Source: a bacterium (GTDB taxonomy: Bacteria; UBA8248). Taken from it: a DNA stretch of 64,000 bases. The DNA is taken from contig CBDATS010000002.1 in assembly GCA_965200245.1 (NCBI GenBank), forward strand, positions 32,001 through 96,000, given 5' to 3'. Each line of letters begins with the position of its first letter. Position 1 is the first letter of the stretch. The notes beneath the pieces are model-generated. The model saw nothing but the letters and a program-made list of their open reading frames with translations. It made no database searches and was not told where the DNA came from. Made by a program: the position numbers and the translations under genes. Positions 51,268 to 61,670 of the stretch are shown in pieces.

Positions 51268-51751
51268 GTATCACCTCCTAAACTCCCCCATCATTTGATA
51301 TCCTTTTCGATATAGTGTATAATAAGTAATAAGTGTTGTCTGGCTTGGTGGGTGAATGGGTGGGATCGGAGGACGGAGATTAAGGTGAAGGATTCGTAAG
51401 GACACGACGTTCCGCCCAACGCGTCAGTTCTATGGCGAAGTTCGGAAAGGTTTCGGGTACAACAAATATGCGTTCGGAACTCCAAATAATCCCCGTGGGT
51501 ACGCTTCGACCCTATGGTATAATATTATACTTGAGATTCTTTACGGCATCCTCGTTCCACTTCAATGCCTCTTCGAAGCCTGCCATCTTGACATCCACGA
51601 CTGAGGTGCCACGCTTCCGCTGTCCTATTTCTATGGCCTTCAACGGGATTGCACAACGCAATCCTTCAGGACTATGATCACCAAACCAGACACATCAGAG
51701 TCTCACCCTGATTGTCGCTGCGTCTCATCCAGATTGTCGCGCTATAAGTTC

Positions 51752-52606
51752 ATGCCGTCGTCCATCTTGCCTTCCTTGCTTGCAGCCACCGCCAAGTTCG
51801 GGGTTCTCGCGGCGCTGGTGTCGCGTCTCGTTTTCGGCCTGTCGCCTCCGGTATCGGCGGGGCAAGGCTGCACCGACGGCCAGCGCGTCCTCAATGTCGG
51901 TTTCTACGCCTTTTGCGCGCCGGTCAGCTACAGCGCCGATCCGGATCCGGCCGCCGTTGGCTTCCATTCGCATCAAGGCTACGAGGCGGATCTGCTGACC
52001 GCTCTCGAGGCCATGAAAGACGCGGGGCTGTCATTTTCCCGCCGTCCAATTGGTTTGTGGGAAGGCATCTGGTCGAGGCCGGCGCGCACGCGCGACGACA
52101 TCACCGGCGGCGGCATCACGATCCTCGATTCCCGGACCCGCGACTCGACGGGTAAGCGCGTCGTCATGTTCACCGCCGGCCACATTGCGTTCCACCAATC
52201 GCTTCTCGTGCGTGCTGCAGAGGCCGCGAGCCTGGCCAGCTATGATGCGCTGACCAGCGGTGTGCGCGTCGGTGTCCTCGCCGGCACGACGGGGGGGGGG
52301 GGGGGGGGGGGAGCCGCCTGTTGCAACTAACGGGGCTCTCCGACGCCAACGGCATCCTCGCTGCCGGCGTGCGCATTGAGACGCCGAGCGGCCAAGTGGT
52401 CGCCGACGGCAGCGCCTCGCCAAGATTGGCGGCGCGGCGGCGGCTTTGCACTCGCCACAGAAGACTGGGCACTGGCGTCGTGCATCGACCGGAAGATCGC
52501 ATGGCTGACCGACAACCGTCGTATCGGTTTCCCGGAATGGCTGGACGACCCCACGGTGTTCATGAGACGCGCCCGGCTGTGGAACAAGGCCGAACGCCAA
52601 CCATGA
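51752..52606 (+). pseudogene. Family-3 (amino-acid-type) solute-binding protein, degenerate, with G21 run
   Basis: Signal-like N-terminus, LNVGFY, GYEADLL, GGGIT, VGVLAGTTG then G21 and several frame changes. Confidence 0.7.
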
Positions 52607-52674
52607 CCCGGGGGCGAGGCAAGCGCTCCGGCCCGCGCCGGGCGCTGTCGGACTGTTGGTTCCCTCCGAAAGTG

Positions 52675-53118
52675 TCAAATCATGCATTCGTCAAGCTGGC
52701 TGGGTAAACCCCTTACAGAATATGAACCGTAGATTTCTGCAAGGCTACCGGAGCCAAGGGCGTTGGGCCACTGCTCCGATAGGATGCTTTCGAAACCGGA
52801 CAGCGCCAAGTCGCCCGGCAGCAAGGAGAGGGACGGTGAAATGCCCTGAACTTCCGGCGAGAGGAGATCGCCGACTTCCGTGAGAGGCTTGACACACTGG
52901 AATATCGTGGCACCGCGATTTTCCGTTTTTCCCCCGTCCCAGATTTCTTCCAGCGTATCTTCATCAAGGAACGCGGCCGTCAGATTGGCCTGCGGATCCA
53001 GATCGCACACGAGAACGGTATGGCCGATTTCAGACAACATCCAGGCCAGATGGCAGGTAAGCAAGGTCTTCCCCACACCGCCTTTGTTGTCAAAAAACGT
53101 GAGAACAGGAACACTCAT
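52675..53118 (-). pseudogene. ParA/AAA_31 ATPase, C-terminally truncated
   Basis: FF.NKGGVGKT, DLDPQANLT, LLPGDL.L; ends at about half length. Confidence 0.75.
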
Positions 53119-53300
53119 TTGCTCTTTCCCTTGATGGTAGCCAGCATGAAATCGTCATCCACTTCAAATCGAAGTCCCGGGTTTCCATTGTCGACGAGCG
53201 TCTTTTTCGCACTGGCGATGCCTACCCCGAGGCGTTCACGAAACCAGGTACTTTCATGGCTTTCGCCAGGTTCGGGCTGCGGTAGTCGGTGATCCCGGGT
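53115..53300 (-). pseudogene. C-terminal remnant of an AlbA/RecG-C (HATPase_c_4)-type protein
   Basis: PGITDYRSPNLAKAMK..GFV / LGVGI..A...L.DNGNP. Confidence 0.55.
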
Positions 53301-53390
53301 CGTCGCGAGTTTGCTTCCGCGCGAAAGATACCACCTCGCATACGGCGTCCAGCATGTACCGTAAACGGATTTCGTCATGCTTGCGTATAT
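53294..53390 (-). pseudogene. HEPN/DUF86 N-terminal remnant
   Basis: RKHDEIRLRYMLDA..E...FA....RDD, overlapping the MNT stop. Confidence 0.6.
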
Positions 53391-53680
53391 CCGACTTCCG
53401 CCGTATCGAGAATTTCCTGGAGAAAATTGGGGCTCAAGTCTTTCGGAGTCCTCAGGCCCACCTTGTGGCCGCCGAACAGGGCCGACAACTTGATCTACAT
53501 TCCGGCAATGCCAAGCAAGCCGGGAATACGGTCCGGATCGAACCCTACCAGCACGTCGATATCGTTCCCGGGCCCGAAATCAGCCCGCAGCACCGAGCCG
53601 AAGACCGCGAGCCGCCGGATTCCGTGCGCTTGGCAGAACACTGCTACCCCAGCCTTCGGGAATGACAGAAGCGGGTTCAT
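53375..53680 (-). pseudogene. MNT antitoxin with in-frame TAG
   Basis: FC..HGIRRLAVFGSVLR.DF...DIDVLV.F; TAG 53495-53497; frame continues to KVGLRTP.DLS. Confidence 0.8.
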
Positions 53681-54179
53681 GACTAAAGCACCAGGTTTTC
53701 GTCGACGCCGAAGCCAGCGGATCGCAGTTCCTTGATGAACTCCCCATGCCCGGGTCGCTCACGACCCTATCCATTAGCCTGTTCGTGCCCACCCGACCCG
53801 AAGGGCGGTGGTTCGGCTTCACGTTATGCCGCCATCAAACTTCGGTCAATCTCCCCCGCAAGCTAGTGAAAAGTTCACCGATGGTCAGCATGAAACGGTT
53901 GAGACCAAACTGATCGTCTCCTGACATAGAACTGTCTTTTCTTTGGTTTGACCACCAGTAATGAGGGAATAATCTGACATGTCAGGGTCGCATGTATGCT
54001 CCCTCTACAATGAAAATCCAGCCCGTGAATCAACATCCCGCAAACGAAGAAATTCACGCTACAATGAAACATGTGCACTACGCCTGATCGGTGCAGGCGC
54101 GTACCATTCGCTTCCCGTTCCGCTGATCTTGCGCGAAACAGGCGGGGGAGCGAAATTGTAGGGAAGGAGGGTTCGTTCG

Positions 54180-55412
54180 ATGATGATGTTCCGATTCTCG
54201 CTATACGGTTTCCTCAAGAACCAGACCTATTTCGAACCCTTCCTCATCCTCGCCTTTCTGGAGAAAGACCTCTCTTTCTTCCAGATAGGGATTCTCATCG
54301 GCTTTCGAGAAGTGTGTATCAACATTTTCGAGATTCCGAGCGGCGCGGTGGCCGACCTCTACGGCAGAAGGCGCTCGATGATTTTCTCCTTCCTCGCCTA
54401 CATCACTTCGTTCCTCGTTTTCGGCTTATCGGCCTCTTTCACCGCGCTTTTCCTCGCCATGTTCGCCTTCGCACTCGGCGATTCGTTCCGCACAGGCACG
54501 CACAAGGCGATGATTTTCGAGTGGCTGAGAATCCAGGGCCGCGAGAAAGAACGCACCCGTGTCTACGGCTTCACGCGCTCATGGTCGAAGGTGGGTTCGG
54601 CCGTCTCGGTTGTGATCGCCAGCGCGTTCATCTTCACCGGCGCGCGCTACAGCGACATATTCCTGCTCGCCATCATCCCCTACGCGATGAACATCGTGAA
54701 CTTTCTCGGTTACCCCAGGGAACTCGAAGGCTTGCGCGCGCCGGATACCAAAATTCCCGGCGTCTGGAGGCATCTAAAAGACTCCATGCGCATGGCGTTC
54801 ACCGACAGGCCGCTGCGAGGCATTCTTGTGGAGTCCATGAGTTACGAGGGTACCTACAAGGTCGCGAAGGACTATATCCAGCCCGTAATCCAACAAGCCG
54901 CCCTGGGGCTGGCCCTGCTCGCCACCTGGCAGCAGCAACAGCGCGTAGCCATCCTGATGGGGGCGGTCTACTTCGTGCTCCACATGCTATCGAGCTTCGC
55001 CTCGCGCGGGGGGCACCGCCTCGTCGAAGCCACGGGTTCCGAGGAAGCGGCAGCGAAATCGCTCTGGGGTGCTACCGCCCTCATCTACGCGGCTCTCGCC
55101 TGGGGGCTCTGGACGGGCTGGGATTCGGTGGTCATCGCGGGCTTCGTCGCCCTGGCGGTGCTGCAGAACTTCTGGCGTCCGGTACTCATCAGCCGAATCG
55201 ACGCACACAGCACACCCGAGGCAGGTGCAACGATACTCTCCGTCGAGACACAGGCCAAATCAATTCTCGCCATGGTGCTAGCTCCCCTCATCGGTCTTTT
55301 CGTGGACATGTTCGGCATGGTGGGCGTGGGCGTTGTGGCCGCGCTGGTCACGCTGCCCTTCGCGCTGACGCGCCTGGGCGGCACGCGAGAGAGGGCGGTT
55401 CACCAGCCCTAG
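54180..55412 (+). CDS. MFS transporter
   Basis: FEIPSGAVADLYGRR, FRTGTHKA; about 12 TM segments. Confidence 0.88.
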   Translation: MMMFRFSLYGFLKNQTYFEPFLILAFLEKDLSFFQIGILIGFREVCINIFEIPSGAVADLYGRRRSMIFSFLAYITSFLVFGLSASFTALFLAMFAFALGDSFRTGTHKAMIFEWLRIQGREKERTRVYGFTRSWSKVGSAVSVVIASAFIFTGARYSDIFLLAIIPYAMNIVNFLGYPRELEGLRAPDTKIPGVWRHLKDSMRMAFTDRPLRGILVESMSYEGTYKVAKDYIQPVIQQAALGLALLATWQQQQRVAILMGAVYFVLHMLSSFASRGGHRLVEATGSEEAAAKSLWGATALIYAALAWGLWTGWDSVVIAGFVALAVLQNFWRPVLISRIDAHSTPEAGATILSVETQAKSILAMVLAPLIGLFVDMFGMVGVGVVAALVTLPFALTRLGGTRERAVHQP

Positions 55413-55577
55413 AACGCGTTTCCACCGGACAACGGATCCCCCCAAGAACGCTTGGATTCCCCCATAATGAAATGGTAGAGTCACCTCACCTGCGTCAAGA
55501 GGGTTCAAAATAATTTTGTTCGTGTACAGGAGGCGAACGAACAAGGGGCGGCGCGCGCTGCCCGTGGGGAGTGCAAC

Positions 55578-56735
55578 TTGAATAATGCCGAAAATCAAGG
55601 AAATCTCGGGATAACCATTGGGCTGGAGGAAGAGTTCTTTCTCGTCGACCCCGACTCACGCGACCTGATTGCGGACCCGAACCCGGCGATCTTCGAAGCC
55701 TGCGAGGCCGGTATCGGACCGCACAAGGTTACGACCGAGTTGATTCGTTCCCAGGTCGAGACCAACACCCGGGTGTGTGCTTCGGTGCATGAGGCTCGCG
55801 AGGCGTTACGCGAGACAAGGCGGATCATCATCAAGGCTGCCGAGGCGCACGGCGCAGCGGTGCTTGGTTCCTCCACCCATCCCTTCGCGCAGTGGCGAGA
55901 GTTGAAGGTCACGGCCAAGGAACGTTACGAGCGCTTTCTGATGACTTTCCAGGAGACCATCCGCCGCATGGTCATCGGGGGAATGCACATTCACGCGGGC
56001 TTCGGCGACCCGGAATCCCGCATCCGGATCATGACGGCCATCCGCCGTTACCTGCCGGCCATCCATGCGCTCTCCACCTCATCGCCCTTCAACAGTGGCA
56101 ATGATACGGGCTACAAGTCATATCGCCTGAACCTCTTCGGCATCCTGCCGCGCACCAACCTGCCCCCTCCCCTGCGTACCCGGGCGGAATTCGAAAACAT
56201 CATTTCCGAATACCAGCGAATGAAATTCATCGAAACCGGCAGCGAACTCTGGTGGGACGTCCGCCCCGCCCACGCCTTCCCGACACTCGAACTTCGCATC
56301 TGCGACATCTGTCCCAGGATAGAGGACGCCATCGCCATCACAGCACTCTACGTCTGCCTGCTGCAGTGGCTCATACAACAGGACGAAGCGGGCACGCTGC
56401 CACCCGAGCCGCTCACCGAGATCATTGCGGAGAACCGCTGGGTGGCCCATCGCTACGGCACGCTTTCTTTCTTCGGCGACGCGACCAGCGAAAGCGGCCG
56501 GATGGATATCAACGATTTCGTGCACGCGCTCGTCGAGAAACTCACGCCTCAGGCCCGCGCGCTAGGGTGTGAGGCGGAACTTCACCACACACTCACTATC
56601 ATGCGCGAGGGCAGCGGCGCGGACCGCCAGGCCGACCTCTACCGCCTGCGCCGCCTGGAAGGCGACACGGAAGAAGAGGCGCTTCGACACGTAGTGGACC
56701 TTGTGCTCGCCGAAACCAAAGAGGGCGTGTTCTGA
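55578..56735 (+). CDS. ybdK: Carboxylate-amine ligase (YbdK/GCS2 family)
   Basis: TIGLEEE, THPF, GMHIH.G, SSPF, LWWDVRP, TLELRICD, ENRW. Confidence 0.9.
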   Translation: MNNAENQGNLGITIGLEEEFFLVDPDSRDLIADPNPAIFEACEAGIGPHKVTTELIRSQVETNTRVCASVHEAREALRETRRIIIKAAEAHGAAVLGSSTHPFAQWRELKVTAKERYERFLMTFQETIRRMVIGGMHIHAGFGDPESRIRIMTAIRRYLPAIHALSTSSPFNSGNDTGYKSYRLNLFGILPRTNLPPPLRTRAEFENIISEYQRMKFIETGSELWWDVRPAHAFPTLELRICDICPRIEDAIAITALYVCLLQWLIQQDEAGTLPPEPLTEIIAENRWVAHRYGTLSFFGDATSESGRMDINDFVHALVEKLTPQARALGCEAELHHTLTIMREGSGADRQADLYRLRRLEGDTEEEALRHVVDLVLAETKEGVF

Positions 56736-56778
56736 GAGAAAAATTCGCAGGTCGATTCGATTCCGGAACTCTATCCAT

Positions 56779-56810
56779 TCGTAAAATGGAAGCCTCGTAA
56801 AATGGAAGCC
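56779..56810 (+). repeat. 16-bp tandem duplication (tcgtaaaatggaagcc)x2
   Basis: Read directly from the sequence. Confidence 0.85.
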
Positions 56811-57055
56811 AGCCGCTACCCGTCTAACATGAATTCATGGGCGAGACCATCCTGTCCCTCCTGCGCCATTTGCTTGCCGTCAGTTCATCTCAGAGATTTC
56901 CCATAATCAAGGATGCGTATCCACCACGCCCCGTCAGCCAGTCCCACGCCATCCTGATCCCCTGATCGCATTGACCGTTTGAGTCGAAACAAACTAGACT
57001 GCTCCCATACCATCAGCAAAAGAGGGATGCGGCTCCATTCCCCGCGCAAGAAGGG

Positions 57056-57559
57056 ATGCGCAACGTGCGAAACATCGAACGAAATCTCTCCTGGATACTC
57101 CTTCTCTCGCTCACGCTGATGCTCACCGTGCAGGTCATCGCGCGCTACATCTTCTTCACCTCGATCAGCTGGATCGAGGAGTTTTCGCGCATCGTCTTCA
57201 TCTGGTTTATCTACCTGACGATCAGCTGGATCATCCTCCAGGGCCGTCACATACGCGTAAACGCCATCGAGATGATCACGCCCGCCTCCTGGGCACGCCC
57301 GATAGTTTTTTTCTCCGACTGCCTGTGGATGACCTTCAACGTCTTGATGACGTATTACGGTTTCCTCTTCGTGAAAAGCGAGATCGACGTCTGGTCGGAG
57401 ACCGACATTCTCCAGATACCGGAAGCTGCCGTACACGCGATTATTCCCATCGGCTTCGGGTTGATGACCATACGGCTCGCTCAATATATGTACCGCGTCT
57501 ACGTGCAGGGCGGCCCCGAGGTGGTGTATGAGGTCGAAAAGCAGGAGGAAGAGCGATGA
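57056..57559 (+). CDS. TRAP transporter small permease (DctQ)
   Basis: QVIARY, WIEEFSR..FIW, HIRV. Confidence 0.9.
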   Translation: MRNVRNIERNLSWILLLSLTLMLTVQVIARYIFFTSISWIEEFSRIVFIWFIYLTISWIILQGRHIRVNAIEMITPASWARPIVFFSDCLWMTFNVLMTYYGFLFVKSEIDVWSETDILQIPEAAVHAIIPIGFGLMTIRLAQYMYRVYVQGGPEVVYEVEKQEEER

Positions 57560-58842
57560 ACATGCCTCTGCTTCTGCTCGGCTCCCTAGCCGTCTTCCTC
57601 TTCATCCGCGTGCCTGTGGGCGTCTCTCTTGGCCTGGCCTCCATCCTCGTCTACTACGCCACCGGAGAGCGCTTCGAGAGTCTGGCACTTTCCTATTACG
57701 ACGGGCTGGACAAGTTCCCCTTTATCGCCGTGCCCATGTTCCTGCTTGCGGGCGCGCTCATGGAAAAAGGCGGTATCAGCAAGCGCCTGATATCGGTGGC
57801 GGACTGCTTCGTGGGCAACGTGCAGGGCGGCCTCGCCCACGTCACCATACTCGCTTGCATGCTTTTCTCCGCCATCTCAGGGTCGGGACCCGCCACGACG
57901 GCCGCCGTGGGCGGACTCATGATCCCCACCATGCTCAGGCGTCAGTATGACAGGAACTATTCGGGCGCAGTCTCCGCCTGCGGGGGGACGCTCGGTATCC
58001 TCATCCCGCCGAGCATCACCTTGATCGTCTATGGCGTCAGCGCCGATCAGTCCGTCACGCGGCTGTTCATCGCGGGTTTTCTGCCCGGCATCCTGCTGGG
58101 CTGCATGCTGATGTGCTGCGCCACAATCCTGGCACGCTTCATGACGGTGGAATCGGATTCCGAACCCTTCTCCGCCGCGCGCACGCTCACCACCATCTGG
58201 GGGTCCCGCTGGGCGCTCCTGGCACCGGTCGTCATCATCGGCGGCATCTACGGGGGCTTCGTGACACCGACGGAGAGTGCCGTCATCGCCGTGCTCTATG
58301 GCTGGGTGATCGGCACGTTCGTCTACAGGGAGCTCGACTGGAAAAGGACACGCGAGTGCCTGGAAATCGCGGCCCTCGTCACCGGAACCATCGCCATCAT
58401 CTGGGGAGCGTCGCTCGCGTTCGGCGAACTCATCACCATCCACCGGATTCCCCAGTTGGTGACGGCTTTCATCGAGAGTGTGACGCGATCGCCGTTTCTG
58501 ATCCTCATGCTCATCAGCCTGTTTCTCACCTTCGTCGGAATGTGGCTGAACACCATGGCACAGGTCATCATCCTCACACCGATGTTCCTGCCCGTCATCC
58601 AGGCGGTGGGCATCGACCCCATCCACTTCGGCATCGTTTTCGTGGTGAACTGCGAAATCGGCTACCTCACGCCGCCTCTGGGCACGAGCCTGTTCGTGGC
58701 AATGGGCATCGCGGACACGACGCTGGGCGCGATCGCCAAGGCTGTCCTGCCTTTCATCGCGACCATGTTCCTGTGCGTGATCATCCTCTCGTATTTCCCC
58801 AGCATCTCCCTCGTTCTGCCGAACCTGATCATCGGCAGATGA
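57556..58842 (+). CDS. TRAP transporter large permease (DctM)
   Basis: AVPMF.LAG, ISGSGPAT, LIPPSI, TPTES, IDPIHFG, TPPLG. Confidence 0.95.
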   Translation: MNMPLLLLGSLAVFLFIRVPVGVSLGLASILVYYATGERFESLALSYYDGLDKFPFIAVPMFLLAGALMEKGGISKRLISVADCFVGNVQGGLAHVTILACMLFSAISGSGPATTAAVGGLMIPTMLRRQYDRNYSGAVSACGGTLGILIPPSITLIVYGVSADQSVTRLFIAGFLPGILLGCMLMCCATILARFMTVESDSEPFSAARTLTTIWGSRWALLAPVVIIGGIYGGFVTPTESAVIAVLYGWVIGTFVYRELDWKRTRECLEIAALVTGTIAIIWGASLAFGELITIHRIPQLVTAFIESVTRSPFLILMLISLFLTFVGMWLNTMAQVIILTPMFLPVIQAVGIDPIHFGIVFVVNCEIGYLTPPLGTSLFVAMGIADTTLGAIAKAVLPFIATMFLCVIILSYFPSISLVLPNLIIGR

Positions 58843-58871
58843 GGGAGCGAACAAAAAAAAGGAGGCAAGAC

Positions 58872-59885
58872 ATGCGACATCTGAAACAATGCTTCACGGT
58901 GATGGTGGGCATTATCCTCGCCACCGGGCTCCTCGTCTGCGCTGTTCCGCAAGCCGAGGCCGCCAAGTACGTGATGAAGTTCGCCCACAACAATCCGCCA
59001 AAACCGCAGCTTCTCTATCAGGCCATCGCACTGACAATGCAGAAGAACCTGCAGGTCTACTCCAAGGGGGACATCGACATCCAGATATTCCCCTCCTCAC
59101 AACTCGGCAAGGATCGCGTTGCCGCCAAGAAACTCCAACTCGGCTCGGTGCAAATGCAGGTCGTGGCGTCGAACAACATCACGGCCTTCGACAGGCGGCT
59201 TGATATCTTCACCCTGCCCTTCATGTTCGGTAGCTTCAAAGGCGCCGTGAAGGTCTTCAACAGCGACATCGGCAAGAACATCGGCGAGAATTTCCGCAAG
59301 AAATCAGGCATCCGGGTGCTGGGCTTCGTCGCCACGGGGTTCCGGAACATGATGAACAGCAAACACCCCATCATGAAGCCTGCGGATCTCGGCGACCTGC
59401 GGATGCGGATCGCGAAAAATCCCATCATGGTGCAGACCTATAAGGCGCTCGGCGGCAGCACCATCGGCATGGCACCGACAGAACTGTTCAGCGCGCTCAG
59501 CACCAAGACGGTGGACGGCCACGACGGCGGATCGAGCTGGGCGTGGGCGCAGAAACTCTACGAGGTGCAGAAATACCTCTCCATCACCCGGCACCAACTC
59601 GTGGCGGGCGCGCTCATCATGAACGACAAATATTACGCCAAGCTCCCCAAACATTTGCAAAAAGCCGTGCAGATGGCCGCGCGCGACACCATCGCATGGG
59701 CGAACACCTACGCGGAGGAGAACGAACAGGACATCATGAAGGGTTTCGCACAGAAGGGGCTCACGATCGCCACACCCGATCTCAAGCCTTTCCGTGAAGC
59801 GGTGAAGCCCGTGCACAAGATGTTCGCCGACAAGGTGGGCGGCATCGACCTCATCAACCGCATTCTGAAGATGCAGGAAGGTTAG
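58872..59885 (+). CDS. TRAP transporter substrate-binding protein (DctP)
   Basis: RBS ggagg, signal peptide (AEA), FPSSQLG, GFRN, L.MR, AL.T..VDG, LYEVQKY. Confidence 0.92.
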   Translation: MRHLKQCFTVMVGIILATGLLVCAVPQAEAAKYVMKFAHNNPPKPQLLYQAIALTMQKNLQVYSKGDIDIQIFPSSQLGKDRVAAKKLQLGSVQMQVVASNNITAFDRRLDIFTLPFMFGSFKGAVKVFNSDIGKNIGENFRKKSGIRVLGFVATGFRNMMNSKHPIMKPADLGDLRMRIAKNPIMVQTYKALGGSTIGMAPTELFSALSTKTVDGHDGGSSWAWAQKLYEVQKYLSITRHQLVAGALIMNDKYYAKLPKHLQKAVQMAARDTIAWANTYAEENEQDIMKGFAQKGLTIATPDLKPFREAVKPVHKMFADKVGGIDLINRILKMQEG

Positions 59886-59894
59886 TCAACCACA

Positions 59895-59933
59895 AGGCGC
59901 GCGGCGACCCGGGTCGTCGCGCGCCTGTTTTTT
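59895..59933 (+). terminator. Intrinsic terminator/attenuator after dctP
   Basis: aggcgcgcggcgac-ccgg-gtcgtcgcgcgcct-gtttttt. Confidence 0.75.
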
Positions 59934-59951
59934 CTGGAGAAGGAAAGCGCA

Positions 59952-60707
59952 ATGAGCAGTTTTGAGGGTCAAAACGCCGTCGTTACGGGTGCGGCAACGG
60001 GAATCGGCGAGTCGACGGCGAGAATCCTGGCCCACAGGGGAGCGAAAGTAACCGTGATGGATTTCAATGCGGAAGGTGCCGAGGCAGTGGCGGAATCCAT
60101 CAACGAAAGCGGAGGTGCGGCCCACGCCGCCGTCGTCGATCTCACAGGCTGGGAGGCGACCCTCGCCACAGTGAACGAGGTGCATCGCCGGGCGGGCAGT
60201 ATCGACGTTCTCGTGCACAGCGCCGGCGGCTTTCCGCAATACGTGAGCCTGCTCGACTGCCCCGTGGAAGCGTGGGACGGCGTAGTGGACTCGAACCTGA
60301 AGTCGATGTTCTATCTCTTGAAGGCCACGGCACCTTTGATGGTCGAAGCGAAATACGGGCGTTTCGTCACCCTCTCCAGCATGGCCGCGCGCAGCGGCGT
60401 GAACCCCAACCCGCCGCACTATACTGCTGCAAAGGCGGGCGTACTCGGACTGACCCGCCAGGCCGCGCGAGAACTCGGGCCTCACGGAATAACCGTGAAT
60501 GCAGTCGCCCCCGCGAACGTGCGCACGCCCAGGACGCTTGCCATCAGAACACCCGAACGCATCACACACATCGAGAAGTCATCCCCCGCGGGCAGACTCT
60601 CGGAACCCCACGAGATAGCCGAGGCCGTGGTTTTCCTTTGCAGCAGGGAGGCGGGCTACATCACAGGCGTCACGCTCGACGTGAACGGCGGCGCGACGAT
60701 GGTTTGA
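59952..60707 (+). CDS. SDR family oxidoreductase (FabG-like)
   Basis: TGAATGIG, YTAAK, VNAVAP, ITG..L.VNGG. Confidence 0.92.
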   Translation: MSSFEGQNAVVTGAATGIGESTARILAHRGAKVTVMDFNAEGAEAVAESINESGGAAHAAVVDLTGWEATLATVNEVHRRAGSIDVLVHSAGGFPQYVSLLDCPVEAWDGVVDSNLKSMFYLLKATAPLMVEAKYGRFVTLSSMAARSGVNPNPPHYTAAKAGVLGLTRQAARELGPHGITVNAVAPANVRTPRTLAIRTPERITHIEKSSPAGRLSEPHEIAEAVVFLCSREAGYITGVTLDVNGGATMV

Positions 60708-60904
60708 TGGTTTAATCACAAAGGCTGTCCCATCACCCATACGGGTTTTGCTTCGAACTGGCGAACATCCCCGCTTCCACAAAAATAGTGACATGGTGGC
60801 CGAAACTGAGTGACTTGTTGCAGAAAATCCCGATAAATCCGATTATAATCTCATGTTGAATTAAACAGGTTTTGAAAGTTCTGCCGGGAAAGAGAAATCT
60901 GAAA

Positions 60905-61339
60905 ATGAACAAATCCAAGCTGTTACGTCTAGCGAACGTCATTGAGAAACAGCCTGTCAGTAACGGCAAGGAAGGTTTCGGAATGGATCGTGTCTATTAT
61001 TTGGATTGGGGCGATGCACCCAGTTCCATACTAGGCTGGACACTCCATTTGGAAGGCTGTGATTTCGAGGACGATTTGGCTTACGAAGATATGTGGGACG
61101 AGAAAGCAGCAGGCATTCTGGAAATAAATGAACATGACGCGGAAAGGCTATTTTGGCTTAAATTCAGCACCGATGGCTACAACTATCATTCACCTCGTCC
61201 GTCAAACTTCTTCATTACGCCGAAACATGCGGCCGAAACCATCCGTCATTTTGTCGAAACCGGCGAGGTCAACTGGCGAAAAGGCAAGGAACGCGAACAG
61301 AAGCGGAAAGAAAATGCCGCTATGGAAAAAACGATATGA
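60905..61339 (+). CDS. Hypothetical protein, phage-like
   Basis: MNK.KLL.LA.VIE...F.M...ILGW...A..IL.....A..LF...ITP..AA..IR.F..TG.V.W. Confidence 0.55.
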   Translation: MNKSKLLRLANVIEKQPVSNGKEGFGMDRVYYLDWGDAPSSILGWTLHLEGCDFEDDLAYEDMWDEKAAGILEINEHDAERLFWLKFSTDGYNYHSPRPSNFFITPKHAAETIRHFVETGEVNWRKGKEREQKRKENAAMEKTI

Positions 61340-61670
61340 TCAATGACGAGGAAAGGAAACCAATCAAAAGAGATGTTTCACGATCACCGGATTGACTTCG
61401 GCCCGGGCGATACAATGTGACCCGCTTCCCTGTATGGCCCATATCGACGACGGAGTTCCAATCCAATGCAACCACGAATGAAGCGTTTTCGTTTTCGCCG
61501 CTGCTTTTTCCCTGAACCAGGTTCAGCACTGTCCAGTCAGAATCGTCGTTTCGCGCCAATGCTTCCCTTCTCCTAGTATAGGCAAGGGATATATGGCTGT
61601 AACGTGAATTTCAATATCCCCGAGTCAGAAACCACCTGCGCCACAAGAGAACCTGGCGACTATTTCACCT

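Noticed and set aside
51330-51695. Minus-strand protein remnant (VWFGDHSPEG...NLKYNIIP*)
   Set aside because: Looks coding, but no family can be assigned and there is no clear start.
36190-53497. Stop-codon recoding (many in-frame TAG in DUF3500, parE and MNT)
   Set aside because: The TAGs replace different expected residues (W, E, Y, Q), and core genes (glnA, glnB, ispH) end in TAG, so these are nonsense mutations.
53780-53835. Integron attC site (gcataac... on the minus strand); also 39600-39680
   Set aside because: Only one core half-site, no matching GTT end, and no intI or regular cassette array.
54071-55513. Long alternative-frame ORFs (54071-55513, 58113-58871 extension, 62345-63967, 1190-2086)
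   Set aside because: Shadow ORFs of GC-rich real genes; Arg/His/Pro-rich with no motifs.
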